This document shows, piece by piece, positions 52,148-60,829 of a stretch of DNA of 64,000 nt (within the stretch, counting starts at the first letter, position 1; every line of letters starts with the position of its first letter). A program made the position numbers and the translations under genes. Under the pieces are notes generated by a model, which worked only from the letters and a program-made list of their open reading frames with translations, was not told the DNA's origin and ran no database searches. This DNA is from a virus: positions 38,758-102,757 of IMG/VR virus record IMGVR_UViG_3300023184_005116. The stretch is one strand, 5' to 3'.

Positions 52148-52879
52148 ATGGCAAAAAAACTCCGCGATAACGATTTTGTACTTACCTGGTTTGAACATAA
52201 CCTTGATTTAGATACTAGAACTATCTATATGGGAAGTATGGGATATAACTACGAAGGGGGAGAGACTGGAGTAGATCACATCATGACTGAATATTTTATT
52301 AAGGCTATGCACTTATTAGAGTCAAGAGGTCCGGATAGGGAAATCTTTATTGTTATGAATAATCCAGGGGGTGACTGGTATCACGGAATGGCTATTTATG
52401 ATGCTATTAGAAATTCAAATTGCCATTGTACTATTAAGGTGTACGGACATGCTATGAGTATGGGAAGTATTATCTTACAATCTGCAGATCGTAGAATAAT
52501 GATGCCTAACAGTAAGTTCATGATCCATTATGGATATAATGGAAATTCTGGACATACAAAGATATTTGAAAAATGGTCTGATGAGGGTAAAAGGATTAAT
52601 TATGATATGGAGAACATCTATCTTGATATCATGATGGAGAAAGACGAAGAAGAGGGTAATGGGTATATGGCTAAGGTTTTGAGTTCAATTATGAACAGAC
52701 AGAAATCTTTAGAACACCCAAAACCTGCAGAGATTAATTACAAATTTTCTAGAAGCATATCTTCTAGGAGAGAAGAGATTAGAGCAGTTCTAAAAGAGAT
52801 GCTTAATTTTGATACGATATTAACTGCTGAAGAAACTGTTATGCTAGGATTAGCTGATGAGGTTTTTTTAAGTAAGTAA
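52148..52879 (+). CDS. clpP: ClpP-like protease
   Basis: NPGG...GMAIYD, AMSMGS (Ser), FMIH (His), DTILTAEE...GLAD (Asp); insertion of roughly 45 aa. Confidence 0.85.
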   Translation: MAKKLRDNDFVLTWFEHNLDLDTRTIYMGSMGYNYEGGETGVDHIMTEYFIKAMHLLESRGPDREIFIVMNNPGGDWYHGMAIYDAIRNSNCHCTIKVYGHAMSMGSIILQSADRRIMMPNSKFMIHYGYNGNSGHTKIFEKWSDEGKRINYDMENIYLDIMMEKDEEEGNGYMAKVLSSIMNRQKSLEHPKPAEINYKFSRSISSRREEIRAVLKEMLNFDTILTAEETVMLGLADEVFLSK

Positions 52880-52892
52880 ATATATATAATAA

Positions 52893-53364
52893 GGGTCCGA
52901 TCGGAATTGATTGGCAATGAAAGTTCTTTGACGTGATACAGGCAGTGTTAGATGGAAACACTTTAATTACCTATCAAAACAACAAACGGCAACGTTTATA
53001 ATATCCTTGATGTGATGAACATCATGGAGTCTGGGATCTCTAACGAGGTTTCAGATGAAGTTGAGATGCTATTAGCAGCTTAACCATCGGGTCTCAATTA
53101 CCTAGGAACAGAAATTTGAAAACCGGGGAAAAAGGGGCTATATTACCCACAATCGAAAAACACCAGAGCCCCTGAGTCGAAAGGCAACAGTCCACGGAGA
53201 AATCCAAGGAGCGCTGATAGTGTAGGTTCGCTGGCTGAGGCTAAAGCCAGTTCAAAAAAGATAGTTAAACAGTTTGACCGGAGTCTGATAAACCGGATCT
53301 AAGCCTGTGAATGAACGCAATTAGCTTATTGAACAAGACAGGGGTTCGAATCCCCTCGGATCCA
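52893..53364 (+). ncRNA. ssrA: tmRNA
   Basis: Acceptor stem GGGTCCG/CGGATCC with G3.U70 and discriminator A; T-arm GGGG-TTCGAAT-CCCC; internal ORF 52988-53083 ending LLAA-stop; CCA not fully encoded. Confidence 0.9.
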
Positions 53365-53377
53365 CAGCCCCCATTTC

Positions 53378-53416
53378 GTACCTTTATTTAGATATATAGT
53401 CTAAATAAAGGTTACG
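53378..53416 (+). promoter_or_regulatory. Hairpin over the endonuclease translation-initiation region, with GATATATA at the loop
   Basis: cctttatttaga / tctaaataaagg stem ending just before ATG 53420. Confidence 0.7.
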
Positions 53417-53419
53417 ATT

Positions 53420-54073
53420 ATGGCAAGAAAAGAAAGAAAGTATCATTATATTTATAAGATAACATGTCTTAAGAATAATCGATACTACATTGGAATGCAC
53501 TCTACTGATAACTTAGATGATGGTTATTTTGGAGGGGGAAAAAGAATTAAAAATTCCGTAAAGAAATACGGAAAAGGCATTCACAAAAAAGAAATCTTAG
53601 AATTTCTAAAATCAAGGGACTTATTAAAAAACAGGGAAAAAGAAATCGTAAATGAGGATCTTTTAAATGATCCTATGTGTATGAATCTACAGATAGGGGG
53701 AGGGGGTGGATTTATAAATGAACAACATGCTAAAGATTTTCTAATAGCAGGTAATAAGGAATTTAAAGAAAGATTAAAGAACGAAAATTATAAAAAAGAA
53801 TTCATAGAAAAAACAAAAAAAAGTAGAGAGAAAGCTAGAAAGAGAGCTAAAGAACTTTATGAAGCTGGTGCATTTAGACTTGATACGTTTAAAGGAAAAA
53901 AACATAAAGAAGAGTCATTAGAAAAAATGAGAAATGTAGATAGGACAGGGAATAAGAATTCGCAATTTGGAACCTTCTGGGTTTGTCATCCACAATTTTC
54001 TACAAGAAAGATTAAAAAAGATGAATTATTCTTTTATGAATCTCAAGGATGGAAAAGAGGCAGAACATTCTAA
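53420..54073 (+). CDS. Free-standing GIY-YIG (Seg-like) homing endonuclease
   Basis: YIYKIT...YYIGMH, YFGGG, REKE, MNLQIGG; NUMOD3-like GKKHKEESLEKM. Confidence 0.88.
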   Translation: MARKERKYHYIYKITCLKNNRYYIGMHSTDNLDDGYFGGGKRIKNSVKKYGKGIHKKEILEFLKSRDLLKNREKEIVNEDLLNDPMCMNLQIGGGGGFINEQHAKDFLIAGNKEFKERLKNENYKKEFIEKTKKSREKARKRAKELYEAGAFRLDTFKGKKHKEESLEKMRNVDRTGNKNSQFGTFWVCHPQFSTRKIKKDELFFYESQGWKRGRTF

Positions 54074-54087
54074 GTATATAATAAGAA

Positions 54088-54528
54088 ATGGGAAATATAT
54101 TTACACACATCGATTTATGGCATGCAGTATTAACATCTGCTTTTTGTGCTTTTATTATCGGGGTTGAAAGGGAGTTAAAAAGAAAACCAGCAGGTATTAG
54201 GTCTATGATTCTTATATCAGTTGGATGTTCCGTTTTAACCTGGGTATCAAAGGAATCTGCTATCCATATTATAGGAGTTGATCCTACTAGAATAATAGGA
54301 CAGATAATAACCGGTATAGGATTTTTAGGCGGAGGAACGATATTAAAGAACGACGATAAGATTCAAGGAATAACAACAGCAGCTTTTGTGTGGGTTGCAA
54401 GCTCAATGGGAATTATGGCAGGATTAGGCTATATAGCAGAACCTATTGTTTTAACTATAGGATTAGTTGCTGTTTCCATTTTTCTAGAAAAGTTTGAAAA
54501 ATTTATAGCTGGAAAAAAGAAGGAATGA
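54088..54528 (+). CDS. mgtC: MgtC/SapB family membrane protein
   Basis: IGVERE...PAGIRS, DPTRIIGQIITGIGFLGGG, GITTAA. Confidence 0.88.
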   Translation: MGNIFTHIDLWHAVLTSAFCAFIIGVERELKRKPAGIRSMILISVGCSVLTWVSKESAIHIIGVDPTRIIGQIITGIGFLGGGTILKNDDKIQGITTAAFVWVASSMGIMAGLGYIAEPIVLTIGLVAVSIFLEKFEKFIAGKKKE

Positions 54529-54564
54529 TTTTTTTCTTCCGTAGAATTTTCTTACTCTTGCTCT

Positions 54565-54750
54565 GTGAAAGAAAAAATAATTGAAGTACCAGAAGCCAAT
54601 GGAATGCCTCTAGAAAGATGGACTGCTTACATGTATTGTGAAGCAAACTCGTTAATGCTTGAGTATGGAACATTCTCAATAGGTACGGTAAAAGGTATGA
54701 GTATAATCAGAGTTCAACCATGGAGGAGTTTGAAAGAAAAGACGGAATAA
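54565..54750 (+). CDS. Hypothetical protein
   Basis: GTG start just after an early-type promoter motif. Confidence 0.45.
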   Translation: MKEKIIEVPEANGMPLERWTAYMYCEANSLMLEYGTFSIGTVKGMSIIRVQPWRSLKEKTE

Positions 54751-55079
54751 CATACGTTGTGCATTTTAGAAAGTACAATCACGATGTTTATATTGGACGA
54801 CCATCTAAATGGGCTAATCCATTTACGCACAAGGATCTGGATAAGACTCAAGCAGAATTTCAGGTAGGTTCTAGAAAAGAGGCTATTGATAATTTTGATA
54901 GGTATTTACATACCTCAGGATTAATTAATGATATAGATGAGCTAAAGGGTAAAGTCCTTGGATGTTGGTGCTGTAATAAGCCTGCAGACGGCTCTGAGAA
55001 GAATTTCCTTTGTCATGGTCAAGTAATAGCAAAATATCTCAATAGTGAGCTTAAAAACAAACAAAAAATATTAATATAA
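54720..55079 (+). CDS. DUF4326 family protein
   Basis: DVYIGRPSKWANPF...LKGKVLGCWC...CHG. Confidence 0.85.
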   Translation: MEEFERKDGITYVVHFRKYNHDVYIGRPSKWANPFTHKDLDKTQAEFQVGSRKEAIDNFDRYLHTSGLINDIDELKGKVLGCWCCNKPADGSEKNFLCHGQVIAKYLNSELKNKQKILI

Positions 55080-55654
55080 TGAACGGATTAGAACCAAGGC
55101 ACGATTTGGAGTTTTTTATAGATAAGAAAGATCCTGAGATACTCAACCTATGGATGGCATGGGACAAAGGAGATTGCTCAGTAGTTGGATTATTAGAAAT
55201 ACTTCTACACCAGGAGATTAAGAAGCACAAAAAAGAAAACGGGGATTACTATGACCGGGATTATGACAAAATCGCATTAAAATATGGTCAATCTATACCT
55301 GCTAAGATGACTCACGAAGAAATTCACGATCTAGATAAAAATTACGGGATTGATGCAGTAGAGGAGATATCAAAGATTTTACGTAACGAAATTGCTTCTA
55401 ATTTCATAATAAGTGAGGAGACATTAAAAAAATCAGGATGGGTAGAATGGAAAAACCCATACACCAATAAAAATACATGGGCAACTCATCGGATAGTTGA
55501 TGGTGTTTTTGGTACTTTCCCTAGTTATCTTTTTGAGTATGATCTTGAAACGAACACTTTTAGATATAACGGAGGTGAGTTCAGTACAATTATAAAAAAT
55601 GGATTTACAGGAAACATTATAGATCTTAATATTATAGTAAAATTATTATCATGA
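55079..55654 (+). CDS. Hypothetical protein
   Basis: 191 aa, translationally coupled ORF. Confidence 0.5.
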   Translation: MNGLEPRHDLEFFIDKKDPEILNLWMAWDKGDCSVVGLLEILLHQEIKKHKKENGDYYDRDYDKIALKYGQSIPAKMTHEEIHDLDKNYGIDAVEEISKILRNEIASNFIISEETLKKSGWVEWKNPYTNKNTWATHRIVDGVFGTFPSYLFEYDLETNTFRYNGGEFSTIIKNGFTGNIIDLNIIVKLLS

Positions 55655-56043
55655 CATCAGCAAACGTTATAGAATATACAATATTCAAAGGAGAAGAAGA
55701 AGTAGGAAGACACCGACAAAACATTATGTGTAAAAGATGCAATGATGGTCTAGAAAAATTCCAACCCTCAAATGAATTTACTATCCAAGCTTGGGGATAT
55801 GACGAAGAAGAGGAATTATGGGAGAATGATAAAAGGGAGAATCTAGATGGGTGGTTAAAAAAGAATACTGCTGAAATCACCTTTAGAAAATTTGAGGAAG
55901 GTGAAGCAGTAAAACTAACAAAGAAAAGAGGGTCTGCGATTATACTTGAATCAAGGAAGGGTAATTTTTTTCCTGAGTACAAGGTACAAGTTATAGGAGG
56001 AGAAATACTAGATTCAGTCCAACAAGGAGAAATAATACCATGA
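55651..56043 (+). CDS. Hypothetical protein
   Basis: 130 aa, ATGA overlap. Confidence 0.5.
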   Translation: MTSANVIEYTIFKGEEEVGRHRQNIMCKRCNDGLEKFQPSNEFTIQAWGYDEEEELWENDKRENLDGWLKKNTAEITFRKFEEGEAVKLTKKRGSAIILESRKGNFFPEYKVQVIGGEILDSVQQGEIIP

Positions 56044-56513
56044 ATATAAAAGAAAATTTAAAATTAGCAACTGACATTACCACAGTAACATTAGTCGGAT
56101 TTCTTGGGGATTATCCAAGAGAAAGAGGAAATTGTTTTTCCGTATCTGTAGAAGGTGAAAGAGATTACAGGATAATCAATTTTAATTATGAAAATCTAGA
56201 AAAGCTTATAGAGGATAATGTGGTTTCTTTTCCTTTAAAGATCTCTAAGTTATCTGATAGAATTGCCATCGTTGCGGATGAAAGAATCCCAGATGAGTGG
56301 TATTCTAAAAGATTTTGTGAAACATGTACTCCTTCGGATCTTTTACCTATACCGCAAAGGCTTAAGCACTTATTGGACATCGAAAGAGGTATAAGGGAAG
56401 AAAGAGAAATTGAAATCGACGGGAAAAAAATGAAAATGGTTTCTATAAAAGTAGAACCTAAAATAATTCATGTCCCATGGACAATAGAAACTAATCAACC
56501 AGAAAATGAATAA
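56040..56513 (+). CDS. Hypothetical protein
   Basis: 157 aa, ATGA overlap. Confidence 0.5.
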   Translation: MNIKENLKLATDITTVTLVGFLGDYPRERGNCFSVSVEGERDYRIINFNYENLEKLIEDNVVSFPLKISKLSDRIAIVADERIPDEWYSKRFCETCTPSDLLPIPQRLKHLLDIERGIREEREIEIDGKKMKMVSIKVEPKIIHVPWTIETNQPENE

Positions 56514-56515
56514 TA

Positions 56516-56758
56516 ATGAGTAGGTATGTAGTAAAGCTCGAAGAGCAAAAAGAATTTGTTTATGGATGGGATCATGCACTAGGATATTTCTACGAAGTGT
56601 GGGATAACTCATTAGGTGACGAAGAAGCAGATTGTATAGTTGAAGATAAGAATTCCCTATTCAATAAAATGTCCAAAGGACAAATGGTAGAGGCTATGGG
56701 GAAGTATGGGGCTAAAGTAGAGCACATAAAAAAGGCAGCTTTAGATCTGCCATTTTAA
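56516..56758 (+). CDS. Hypothetical protein
   Basis: 80 aa ORF. Confidence 0.5.
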   Translation: MSRYVVKLEEQKEFVYGWDHALGYFYEVWDNSLGDEEADCIVEDKNSLFNKMSKGQMVEAMGKYGAKVEHIKKAALDLPF

Positions 56759-56774
56759 TTCTTTTCCCTTTAAA

Positions 56775-57377
56775 TTACTTAACTAAATAGCCGGAAATAT
56801 TAGATACTAGGTTTACAACCTCTTCTTCTAATTCTTTGGTTATTTTAATTTTGTGCTTTACTGTATGTAATTGTATAAATCCTGTTAATTGTCCAGATAA
56901 GGTCCTAACTGGTGCAGATATAACTTGTAAGATACCTTCGTCTGTTACTTTACCCCTAATATAATCTAACACTGGATCTTCTGCATTAACATAGAAAAAT
57001 TCTCTCTCACTTAGATGTTTAATTAAAGATGGGTGTTCAGTAACAAAAACACTTTGGTTGTGTTCCTTCGATTTTGAAACACCGTGTGAAACTGATTCAA
57101 AAGTCTGTGAGTATTTCTTCATAGGTACACCATGAAAAAATTTACCACCATTATGAAACTGAAAAATGCCTATCCTATCTAAATTCCACTTTTCTCTAAA
57201 GCAATCTATAAAATTTTGTATTTCGAGCATTGTATCAACATCTTTCTGTGATATGCTTTCATACTTATCATCGTCAGAAGCTTTCTTTTTGACATCTAAT
57301 GAATGCTTTAACCAGACAGATCCTAATGCAACAGCAAGTGAAAAAATTCCAGTTATAATTATTTGTAACAGTTCCAA
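56775..57377 (-). CDS. Single-TM protein with GAF-like domain (T4 holin T-like architecture, putative)
   Basis: N-terminal TM, FQFHNGG...TFE, ISAPVRTLSGQLTGFIQL. Confidence 0.55.
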   Translation of the reverse strand: MELLQIIITGIFSLAVALGSVWLKHSLDVKKKASDDDKYESISQKDVDTMLEIQNFIDCFREKWNLDRIGIFQFHNGGKFFHGVPMKKYSQTFESVSHGVSKSKEHNQSVFVTEHPSLIKHLSEREFFYVNAEDPVLDYIRGKVTDEGILQVISAPVRTLSGQLTGFIQLHTVKHKIKITKELEEEVVNLVSNISGYLVK

Positions 57378-57395
57378 TTTAGTATTTTATTTTAA

Positions 57396-57992
57396 TTAGT
57401 CCTCAAATCCTCCAAATCTCTTAAGTAGACTTGCACCTTGACCAAGCTCCTCTTTCTTCAAGCTAGGAGGTAATTCAATTTTTTGAATTGATGAAGGATC
57501 TTCCTCCATTTTTCTTCTAATAAGCTCTTTATAAGACTCGTTGTTGTAAAGATCGTTGTCGGTAACTGGAAATCCTTGACGTTGGATCAAATACTTAACT
57601 AAAAAACTCATTTTATATAAGTAATCTTCTACTGTCATACAAGCTCTTCTAAGATCTGTATTTAATCTTGCAAATTCTGATGATTTAGAAGTACCTGACC
57701 ATATCTTAATACTTCCATTGTGCATGATATTATAATAAGGGAAGTTCTTTTTACTTCCTGCTAAAGCTGGATGGAAGAAAGCGATATTACCCAATCTATC
57801 TTTAAAGTATCTTTGTTCCTCTGTTCCTACAACTTCAATTCCTTCTGGGTTATCTGCTAATCTCTCAACAAATCCCATTGCAATCATATCTTTATAAATT
57901 TCAGATTCTCTTATAGGTTTAAAATTAGTAACCGGGCATTTTTTTGGTCTCCTAACCTCTTGGATCTTTCTAAACGCTTGATATTTTTCCAT
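57396..57992 (-). CDS. Hypothetical protein; paralogue of 47834-48772
   Basis: C-terminal GASLLKRFGG; GAATATATA on the minus strand at 58012-58020. Confidence 0.55.
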   Translation of the reverse strand: MEKYQAFRKIQEVRRPKKCPVTNFKPIRESEIYKDMIAMGFVERLADNPEGIEVVGTEEQRYFKDRLGNIAFFHPALAGSKKNFPYYNIMHNGSIKIWSGTSKSSEFARLNTDLRRACMTVEDYLYKMSFLVKYLIQRQGFPVTDNDLYNNESYKELIRRKMEEDPSSIQKIELPPSLKKEELGQGASLLKRFGGFED

Positions 57993-58146
57993 ATCGTTTT
58001 TTTGTTTTCTTTATATATTCATTCTACTCGCGAACTCCGAGAATTTTTCAAAGAACATTGAAATTTTTTATGTTTATGTCAGTATATTATACATCTCCAG
58101 CAGTTTAAGGGCTTAAAAATCCTTTTTCTTGCTTCTCCATATACCG

Positions 58147-58181
58147 AAAAGCCCGATTCTTTTTTTAGAATCGGGTTTTTT
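58147..58181. terminator. Intrinsic terminator-like hairpin, possibly bidirectional
   Basis: aaaag-cccgattct-N6-agaatcggg-tttttt. Confidence 0.7.
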
Positions 58182-58210
58182 ATTCGGGAATTTTCTATTA
58201 TAATTGCGGT

Positions 58211-58750
58211 ATGAAGTTTATGACATTTTTAGAGCTATTGCAAAATACAAATCCTCCACACTCTGTTATGTTTCGTTTAGAAGCATTAAAGGGGTTAAGA
58301 GAAAGACCTGATTTCCATCCAGAGGAAAGCGCTTTCGAGCATATTAAGATTGTGACTGAAAGACTTATGCAGACTAATGATCCTGATCTTATTTTAGCTG
58401 GATGTTTGCACGATCTATTTAAACACGATACAGTAAAGATTAATCCTAAGAACGGATTTCCAACCTGTCCTGGGCATGATACCGAAGTAGCAAAATTTAT
58501 TTGGTCTAATGAAGAAGTGCAAGAATGGATTAAAGGGTTAGGGGCGGACGTTGATACTGTTGCAAATCTTTGTAAAGATCATATGAGATTTCATCAGTTT
58601 GATCAGATGAGAAGGGTTAAACAACAAGAGTTTATGAGTAGACCTCATTGGGGTAAACTAGAATTTCTTGGAGCAGCAGATAATATGCTAGAAGAATTTG
58701 ATATTGATAATTTAGAAAAATCCTGGAAATGGAAAAGAAGTACGATTTAA
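58211..58750 (+). CDS. HD-domain phosphohydrolase
   Basis: FHPE...EH, LHDLFK, GHD, HMR, AD. Confidence 0.8.
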   Translation: MKFMTFLELLQNTNPPHSVMFRLEALKGLRERPDFHPEESAFEHIKIVTERLMQTNDPDLILAGCLHDLFKHDTVKINPKNGFPTCPGHDTEVAKFIWSNEEVQEWIKGLGADVDTVANLCKDHMRFHQFDQMRRVKQQEFMSRPHWGKLEFLGAADNMLEEFDIDNLEKSWKWKRSTI

Positions 58751-59814
58751 ACATACTTAAGGAATATATTGATGCCGGATTGGTCGAAAAAAACGACCAT
58801 CCAGTTTATCCTATTTCTATTTACAACTACAGTAGGGATTGTCAGTTTGAAAAAAAGTGGGATAATATTACCTTAAATATGAGAGGTACTATTCTCGATA
58901 CGCAAGGAAATCTGATAGCAAGAACATTTCCTAAATTCTTTAATATGGAAGAAATGGAAACAATTCCCAATGAAGAATTTGATGTGTTTGAAAAAATGGA
59001 CGGATCTTTGGGGATACTTTTCTATTATGAAAATGAATGGATATTATCTACAAAAGGTTCTTTTTCTTCCGATCAAGCAGTAAAAGGATTTGAAATGCTT
59101 AGTTCTTATGATTACCAAAAGTTACATAAGGATTATACCTACCTCTTTGAGATTATCTATAATGAAAACCGTATAGTTTGTCAATATGATTTTGAGGATC
59201 TTGTTTTACTTGGGATGATAGAAAACAAAACGGGGTATGAGGTAGATCTTTACGAAGATGGTAATGATATAAGATTAAAAAATCTAATAAACAATATTGG
59301 ATTTAAAATAGTCAAAAAATACTATGGAATAGAGGACTACAGGAAGCTAAAAACATTAATTGAAAATAATCATGAAGGATTTGTTCTTAGGTTTAAATCT
59401 AAATTAAGGATGAAAATAAAAGGTGAGGAGTATGTAAGATTGCACAGACTCCTTACAAATTTCTCCAATGTCGATATTTGGGAAAGCCTTATGCTGGGTA
59501 AAGATCTTAGTCTTATGCTAGAAAAAGTCCCTGATGAATTTGATAGCTGGGTTAGAAATGTCATCTATGATCTTAAAATAAAGTTTAAGGTTAGAGAAGA
59601 ACGTGCAAAAGAGATTATGTATAATCTGATAACTAACAAGGGTTTATCAAGAAAGGAGATAGCTGAAATACTTAATTTTGAAACATCCATGAATAGGACT
59701 ATAATATTCTGTATGTTGGACGGAAAAGATTACTCAAGCATTATCTGGAAAAACATTAGGCCAGTTTATCAAAAGCCTTTTTGGTATAAAGAAGATGAAA
59801 ATTATACAAATTAA
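58729..59814 (+). CDS. RNA ligase 1 (T4 Rnl1-like)
   Basis: FPKFFN, EKMDGSLG, TKGSF, LFEII, EGFV, KIKGEEY. Confidence 0.88.
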   Translation: MEKKYDLNILKEYIDAGLVEKNDHPVYPISIYNYSRDCQFEKKWDNITLNMRGTILDTQGNLIARTFPKFFNMEEMETIPNEEFDVFEKMDGSLGILFYYENEWILSTKGSFSSDQAVKGFEMLSSYDYQKLHKDYTYLFEIIYNENRIVCQYDFEDLVLLGMIENKTGYEVDLYEDGNDIRLKNLINNIGFKIVKKYYGIEDYRKLKTLIENNHEGFVLRFKSKLRMKIKGEEYVRLHRLLTNFSNVDIWESLMLGKDLSLMLEKVPDEFDSWVRNVIYDLKIKFKVREERAKEIMYNLITNKGLSRKEIAEILNFETSMNRTIIFCMLDGKDYSSIIWKNIRPVYQKPFWYKEDENYTN

Positions 59815-59872
59815 TAATTATAAATATGACTGAACCATTAACAAAAGGTTATGTAAACAAAAATATTACTTA

Positions 59873-59997
59873 TAACGATACTCAGATATATTCAGTTGTT
59901 TATTAAATAATAAAAAATATGATTACAGAAGAAAAATACTTAAAAGCATTACAGGTTGTTAAAGACTATGAAAAACAATTGAATATATCTGTTGTTA
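59873..59997 (-). repeat. attC-like site, long class (125 bp)
   Basis: TAAC gatact CAGATATATTCAGTTGTTT ... AAACAATTGAATATATCTG tt GTTA. Confidence 0.8.
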
Positions 59998-60098
59998 GAT
60001 GTAGTTGCGAACCAGTAAAAACTAAAGATGAAAATGGTAATGGATTATTTGTGAGTCCTTGGTGTTGGAAGTGCAACACTTGGTGCAATTACATCTAA
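59919..60098 (+). CDS. Cassette protein, Cys-rich; not in ORF track
   Basis: Manual translation, 59 aa MITEEKYLKALQVVKDYEKQLNISVVRCSCEPVKTKDENGNGLFVSPWCWKCNTWCNYI; stop is the TAA of the next TAAC. Confidence 0.65.
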   Translation: MITEEKYLKALQVVKDYEKQLNISVVRCSCEPVKTKDENGNGLFVSPWCWKCNTWCNYI

Positions 60099-60217
60099 CG
60101 TATAGATGCAAAAGCAGTTTAATTTTAATTATATGACAAAGAAACAAAAAGTAGAAGAAGCTATCAAAGAAGCAGAAAAGGAATTAGAACGCCTTAAATT
60201 GCTTTTACATAGTGTTA
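60096..60217 (-). repeat. attC-like site, long class (122 bp)
   Basis: TAAC gtatag ATGCAAAAGCAGTTTAA ... TTAAATTGCTTTTACAT agt GTTA. Confidence 0.8.
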
Positions 60218-60306
60218 GTGGCAGTGCTTTAGAAGTATGCCCCTATTGTAAAACTAAAAATAGACATTGGTATGCAAAAGATTATTGGTGCTGTTCGTTT
60301 TGTTAG
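60133..60306 (+). CDS. Cassette protein with Zn-ribbon-like C-terminus
   Basis: MTKKQKVEE...HSVSGSALEVCPYC...CCSFC; starts inside the attC loop. Confidence 0.6.
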   Translation: MTKKQKVEEAIKEAEKELERLKLLLHSVSGSALEVCPYCKTKNRHWYAKDYWCCSFC

Positions 60307-60315
60307 CATTGCCAC

Positions 60316-60432
60316 TAACGGTTGGGTGTATATGTAGTGATTTACACTGAACTTTATTAGAAGAAATGAATATAATTATTAACAGACAAGGTTGATTAGA
60401 TGTAGTAAAATCATTACATATACACCCTGTTA
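60316..60432 (-). repeat. attC-like site (117 bp)
   Basis: TAAC ggtt GGGTGTATATGTAGTGATTT ... AAATCATTACATATACACCC t GTTA. Confidence 0.85.
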
Positions 60433-60464
60433 TAAGTAGTAAAACAAAAATAAACTAAACAGAT

Positions 60465-60758
60465 ATGGAAACCTTTAGAGAAAAACAAGAAAAATTTGAT
60501 AAATTAATTTCAGAACTTAATTCTGATTTTATTTGTGGTGCAGCAGTTGGAACAAAAGTAAAAGATAGTTCTTTGTATATAGCGGAAGAGTCAACAAAAA
60601 TTTATGGTACTGAAAAATACAAAATAGGAACATTTAACCAAAAAAGTGTAATTATTGACCCACATATTAAATGGGGAGATATGAGAATTTTTGATGAATC
60701 TGGAACGGAATTAATTAATTTATCAAATTTTGGATTTGATATAATGGATATGATTTAA
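60465..60758 (+). CDS. Cassette hypothetical protein
   Basis: 97 aa ORF filling one cassette. Confidence 0.6.
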   Translation: METFREKQEKFDKLISELNSDFICGAAVGTKVKDSSLYIAEESTKIYGTEKYKIGTFNQKSVIIDPHIKWGDMRIFDESGTELINLSNFGFDIMDMI

Positions 60759-60829
60759 TTTTTGTTTTATTTCATTTATACTTTGTTATGTTTAACGAAG
60801 TGTAGTTGTGAGGAACGAACAATTAAACA

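Noticed and set aside
53336-53364. Stand-alone tRNA gene suggested by GGTTCGAATCCC
   Set aside because: The acceptor stem pairs with 52893-52899, about 470 nt upstream, with a tag ORF in between, so it is the tmRNA 3' end.
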